Below, in pieces: positions 6,001 through 6,189 of a stretch of DNA of 6,189 nt. The notes beneath the pieces were generated by a model. It had not been told where the DNA came from, searched no databases, and saw nothing but the letters and a program-made list of their open reading frames with translations. This stretch comes from Candidatus Iainarchaeum sp. (lineage in GTDB: Archaea; Iainarchaeota; Iainarchaeia; Iainarchaeales; 0-14-0-20-30-16): the NCBI GenBank assembly GCA_903916665.1, contig CAIWXP010000162.1, positions 1 through 6,189 on the forward strand, written 5' to 3'. The position numbers and the translations under genes are program-made. The first letter of the stretch is position 1; the number at the start of each line of letters is the position of its first letter.

Positions 6001-6189
6001 GTTAAGTTATTGTAAAGATAAATTAACAGATCCAAATGGAAAAGTATCCTGTAGTTTACAAGCAGCAGATATGGTTGCAGGAAGTTATTTACAAATTATT
6101 GTTGAAAAAGAAGGATATAATGCCTATTCAAAATTAGACTTTACTCCTGATTTACAAGTAACAACAAAATTATTTGATTTTGATAAAGA
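3098..6189 (+). CDS. Giant signal-anchored surface protein (putative adhesin or cell-envelope protein) with repeated carboxypeptidase-regulatory-like beta-sandwich domains. It is 3' partial: 1030 codons are visible and the frame is still open at the window edge.
   Basis: Not in the supplied ORF track. I translated it codon by codon from ATG 3098 with no stop through 6187. The frame was cross-checked at Met codons 3839, 4097, 4457, 4844 and 5939. The nearest in-frame upstream stop is TAA 3038..3040, and 3098 is the first ATG. The N-terminus is MGLKDLYYSLEESFNKSIDAIDAKVSVRWFFNAIDKV. One hydrophobic helix follows, IPSFIFVNLVILIIIGLLIFFFLV (residues ~38-61, nt 3209..3280). After that the protein is beta-rich, Asn/Thr/Ser-rich extracellular sequence with many N-x-S/T sequons. 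Five modules share the pattern [IL]x[VF]xVxD..(G)xP[VI]xGAxVx[VIF] ... [TS][DN]xxGx ... GxYx[VFL]x[VA]. They lie at residues 242-324, 330-412, 419-507, 512-596 and 936-1020. Confidence 0.9.
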   Translation, partial: MGLKDLYYSLEESFNKSIDAIDAKVSVRWFFNAIDKVIPSFIFVNLVILIIIGLLIFFFLVPKTQSVNFAFKSNGVQLIESFDFTLNVDGKDYSARAEKGLATVVLNQGKKISIETLGTSDYNIDQKLYDFSNSINVKLVKNISLIPISLFIFNPDGSTFTKEANLNFSCSSGTISKENKTKLGSGNLSIDVPEDCGTLSISGQVDGYKLSKGQTCDSTACSIEFSPNTQTSASSISLPNGGIKVTVMNDNGDVISGAKVKIFDSKDLKDEIEVSLTNPLGITKIFSNLTVGNYTVYVSDSNYIDGQKIVDVTDNTVSEVTVQLLKLTLGKIKMNFVDESNLPVAGSIVLKDSTGKIIYRGTSLDGLLDMPVYAYGSFYLDYKPDNNALFPLGNYKLDIDSSLTEQKVVIKKISFYDSAKINVQVLDEDGKPVEGAKLFVKDALTQFDLVSFDMQNSDSNGLSHIILPQGAYQFRAYTGFSEQLSETVTIMPNTSGDLPEQNIKITIVYGYSQLTIKVLDEFSQAKPNVKVSFYKKPNVADGSTVITDTQGTVVHSFKAGTPLYYVIEADNYVTYYSEARILMTNMIWDDNITLMPIKEDAPRVEFLGLYQNLDGNDAKAMSIGGTYYLGFKIYVFDNHDSMEFKIKTGDQGIVEQDKLYFTDAYTSANNDTRYSDANMDQLTMGDTKIFDSTWNSGSSGIYTVYYKVNVRNNSSVKMYDPLKVSWTLSLDDVSVAQETKDFLAGTKGVCAQDEFCGRYTLLDKTTQLYVDSQSENNFMLTPGHEYGLTFDLINGIDGPEGEIKNGNLQIYNALSNTESITTVKNDISSRSNIQLLNYLVYGPGNERRELTGNLFGIFLEDYSFKDLLKNRYISGNLDFKPISGQSYMNFVVTDTDRKLVVQGKSALSILFNSVSSRQLVVNTFPDRVLAPDSDQLLTFFVTDDTNTMVKDAIVGVRLKRPQDDQYHMLSYCKDKLTDPNGKVSCSLQAADMVAGSYLQIIVEKEGYNAYSKLDFTPDLQVTTKLFDFDK

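Noticed and set aside
1-6189. Alternative genetic code (stop-codon reassignment) as the reason the track misses the coding regions at 1..916 and 3098..6189
   Set aside because: Both regions translate without any TAA, TAG or TGA in frame under the standard code. The ORFs are missing simply because they are truncated by the window edges, so no recoding needs to be invoked.
1-6189. tRNA, rRNA, C/D-box sRNA, CRISPR array, transposase or integrase
   Set aside because: There is no G+C-rich block of tRNA or rRNA size anywhere and no RUGAUGA/CUGA box pair in the spacers. No regularly spaced repeats longer than 12 nt were seen, and there is no recombinase-like ORF or terminal inverted repeats.

Overview
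This is a very AT-rich window, roughly three quarters A+T by eye, and it is almost certainly archaeal. Three things support that: an archaeo-eukaryotic NOG1-type GTPase, TATA-box-like promoters with leaderless geometry, and a GGTGA Shine-Dalgarno. A DPANN-like or AT-rich methanogen-like lineage is only a guess. I count four real genes. (1) 1..916 (-) is a NOG1-family GTPase whose C-terminus runs off the left edge. (2) ~997..1776 (+) is a YgiD/DODA-type class III extradiol dioxygenase. (3) 1780..2775 (-) is a minimal 331-aa beta-CASP metallo-beta-lactamase-fold nuclease. (4) 3098..6189 (+) is a reading frame of more than 1030 codons that stays open to the right edge. The supplied ORF track omits genes 1 and 4, the two largest coding regions, apparently because each lacks a stop codon inside the window. 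Both read cleanly in the standard code. Gene 4 is the most interesting object. It encodes a giant signal-anchored surface protein with a 37-aa cytoplasmic N-terminus and one TM helix. At least five diverged carboxypeptidase-regulatory-like beta-sandwich modules follow, interrupted by a ~340-aa central region I cannot assign to any family. Upstream of gene 4 lies an unusually long (~320 bp) structured spacer. It contains a hairpin plus T7 run, ATATATC(TTT) tandem repeats, and a 57-nt GC-clamped imperfect inverted repeat. That inverted repeat brackets the predicted TATA box and coincides with a 21-codon upstream ORF. I saw no tRNA, rRNA, CRISPR array or mobile element. All functional calls rest on motifs read by eye; no database search was possible.
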